Source of the DNA: Octopus sinensis
Taxonomy: Eukaryota
Direction of reading: 5' to 3'
Assembly (NCBI RefSeq): GCF_006345805.1
Contig: NC_043000.1
Span: 108,686,001 to 108,750,000, forward strand
Length of the DNA stretch: 64,000 nucleotides
Below the pieces are notes generated by a model, which worked only from the letters and a program-made list of their open reading frames with translations, was not told where the DNA came from and searched no databases. Position numbers and translations under genes: made by a program. Below are positions 63,601 to 64,000 of this stretch, piece after piece. The first letter of the stretch is position 1, and each line of letters opens with the position of its first letter.

Positions 63601-64000
63601 AAATGCAACAGTTCAAATCAACAATACCATTATGACCATCACAATTCAATACCAGATGGAAGGACTGGAATTTTATGAAATAAACAACAGTATTTTAGTA
63701 TTGTAAATGAAAATAACAATAGATGGGATATTTCTTTAAGGTGCTAAGTTGAAATATAAGTCAACAAACATCCACTTGGAGCAATATTGGAACCTTTCCA
63801 AATTATAGAATAGACTGCACTGCACCTTGTTTTACGCTTACACTACGTATATATATATATATATACCAGACCACATTAACTACATGCCAATGAATGAGTG
63901 TATGTGGTTACTATCTGTCAGAAATAGTAATCAAATCTCTCTCAAAGCAGTGAGGATATGTTAGCCTTTGATGAACTAAAACAAAGATGGTGGAGCCATG

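Overview
AT-rich, microsatellite- and retroelement-dense animal genomic DNA; the repeat content suggests a coleoid cephalopod, probably Octopus (inference). One host gene is recognisable: the 5' half of an adenylyl cyclase-associated protein gene (CAP/Srv2 family) on the minus strand. I reconstructed it by hand as seven GT-AG exons with consistent phases (60670-60112, 27051-26948, 25838-25761, 24773-24720, 22764-22675, 20900-20818, 19931-19826). They encode the RLE oligomerisation motif and the helical folded domain. I found no exons for the proline-rich, WH2 or CARP domains. The most striking observation is in the 33-kb first intron. Two further open segments end in strong phase-1 donors that can splice in frame onto the helical-domain exon: a 127-codon exon starting [11 protein letters not shown] (myristoylation/palmitoylation-like, then ten tyrosines in acidic/Asn context) and a 32-codon Tyr-rich exon. 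The distal first exon has a 142-aa extension starting [14 protein letters not shown]. This suggests a promoter-switched set of membrane-targeting and phosphotyrosine N-termini for CAP, two of which lack the RLE motif. Other notable items: a 277-bp near-perfect foldback, two related RTE LINE copies in inverted orientation (one with a 544-aa RT ORF containing a C4HC3 PHD-type finger), degenerate Penelope-type hammerhead-like motifs, R4/Dong fragments tied to (TAA)n, SINEs with long TSDs, and piggyBac- and hAT-like MITEs. All results come from manual reading; repeat boundaries are approximate and no database searches were run.
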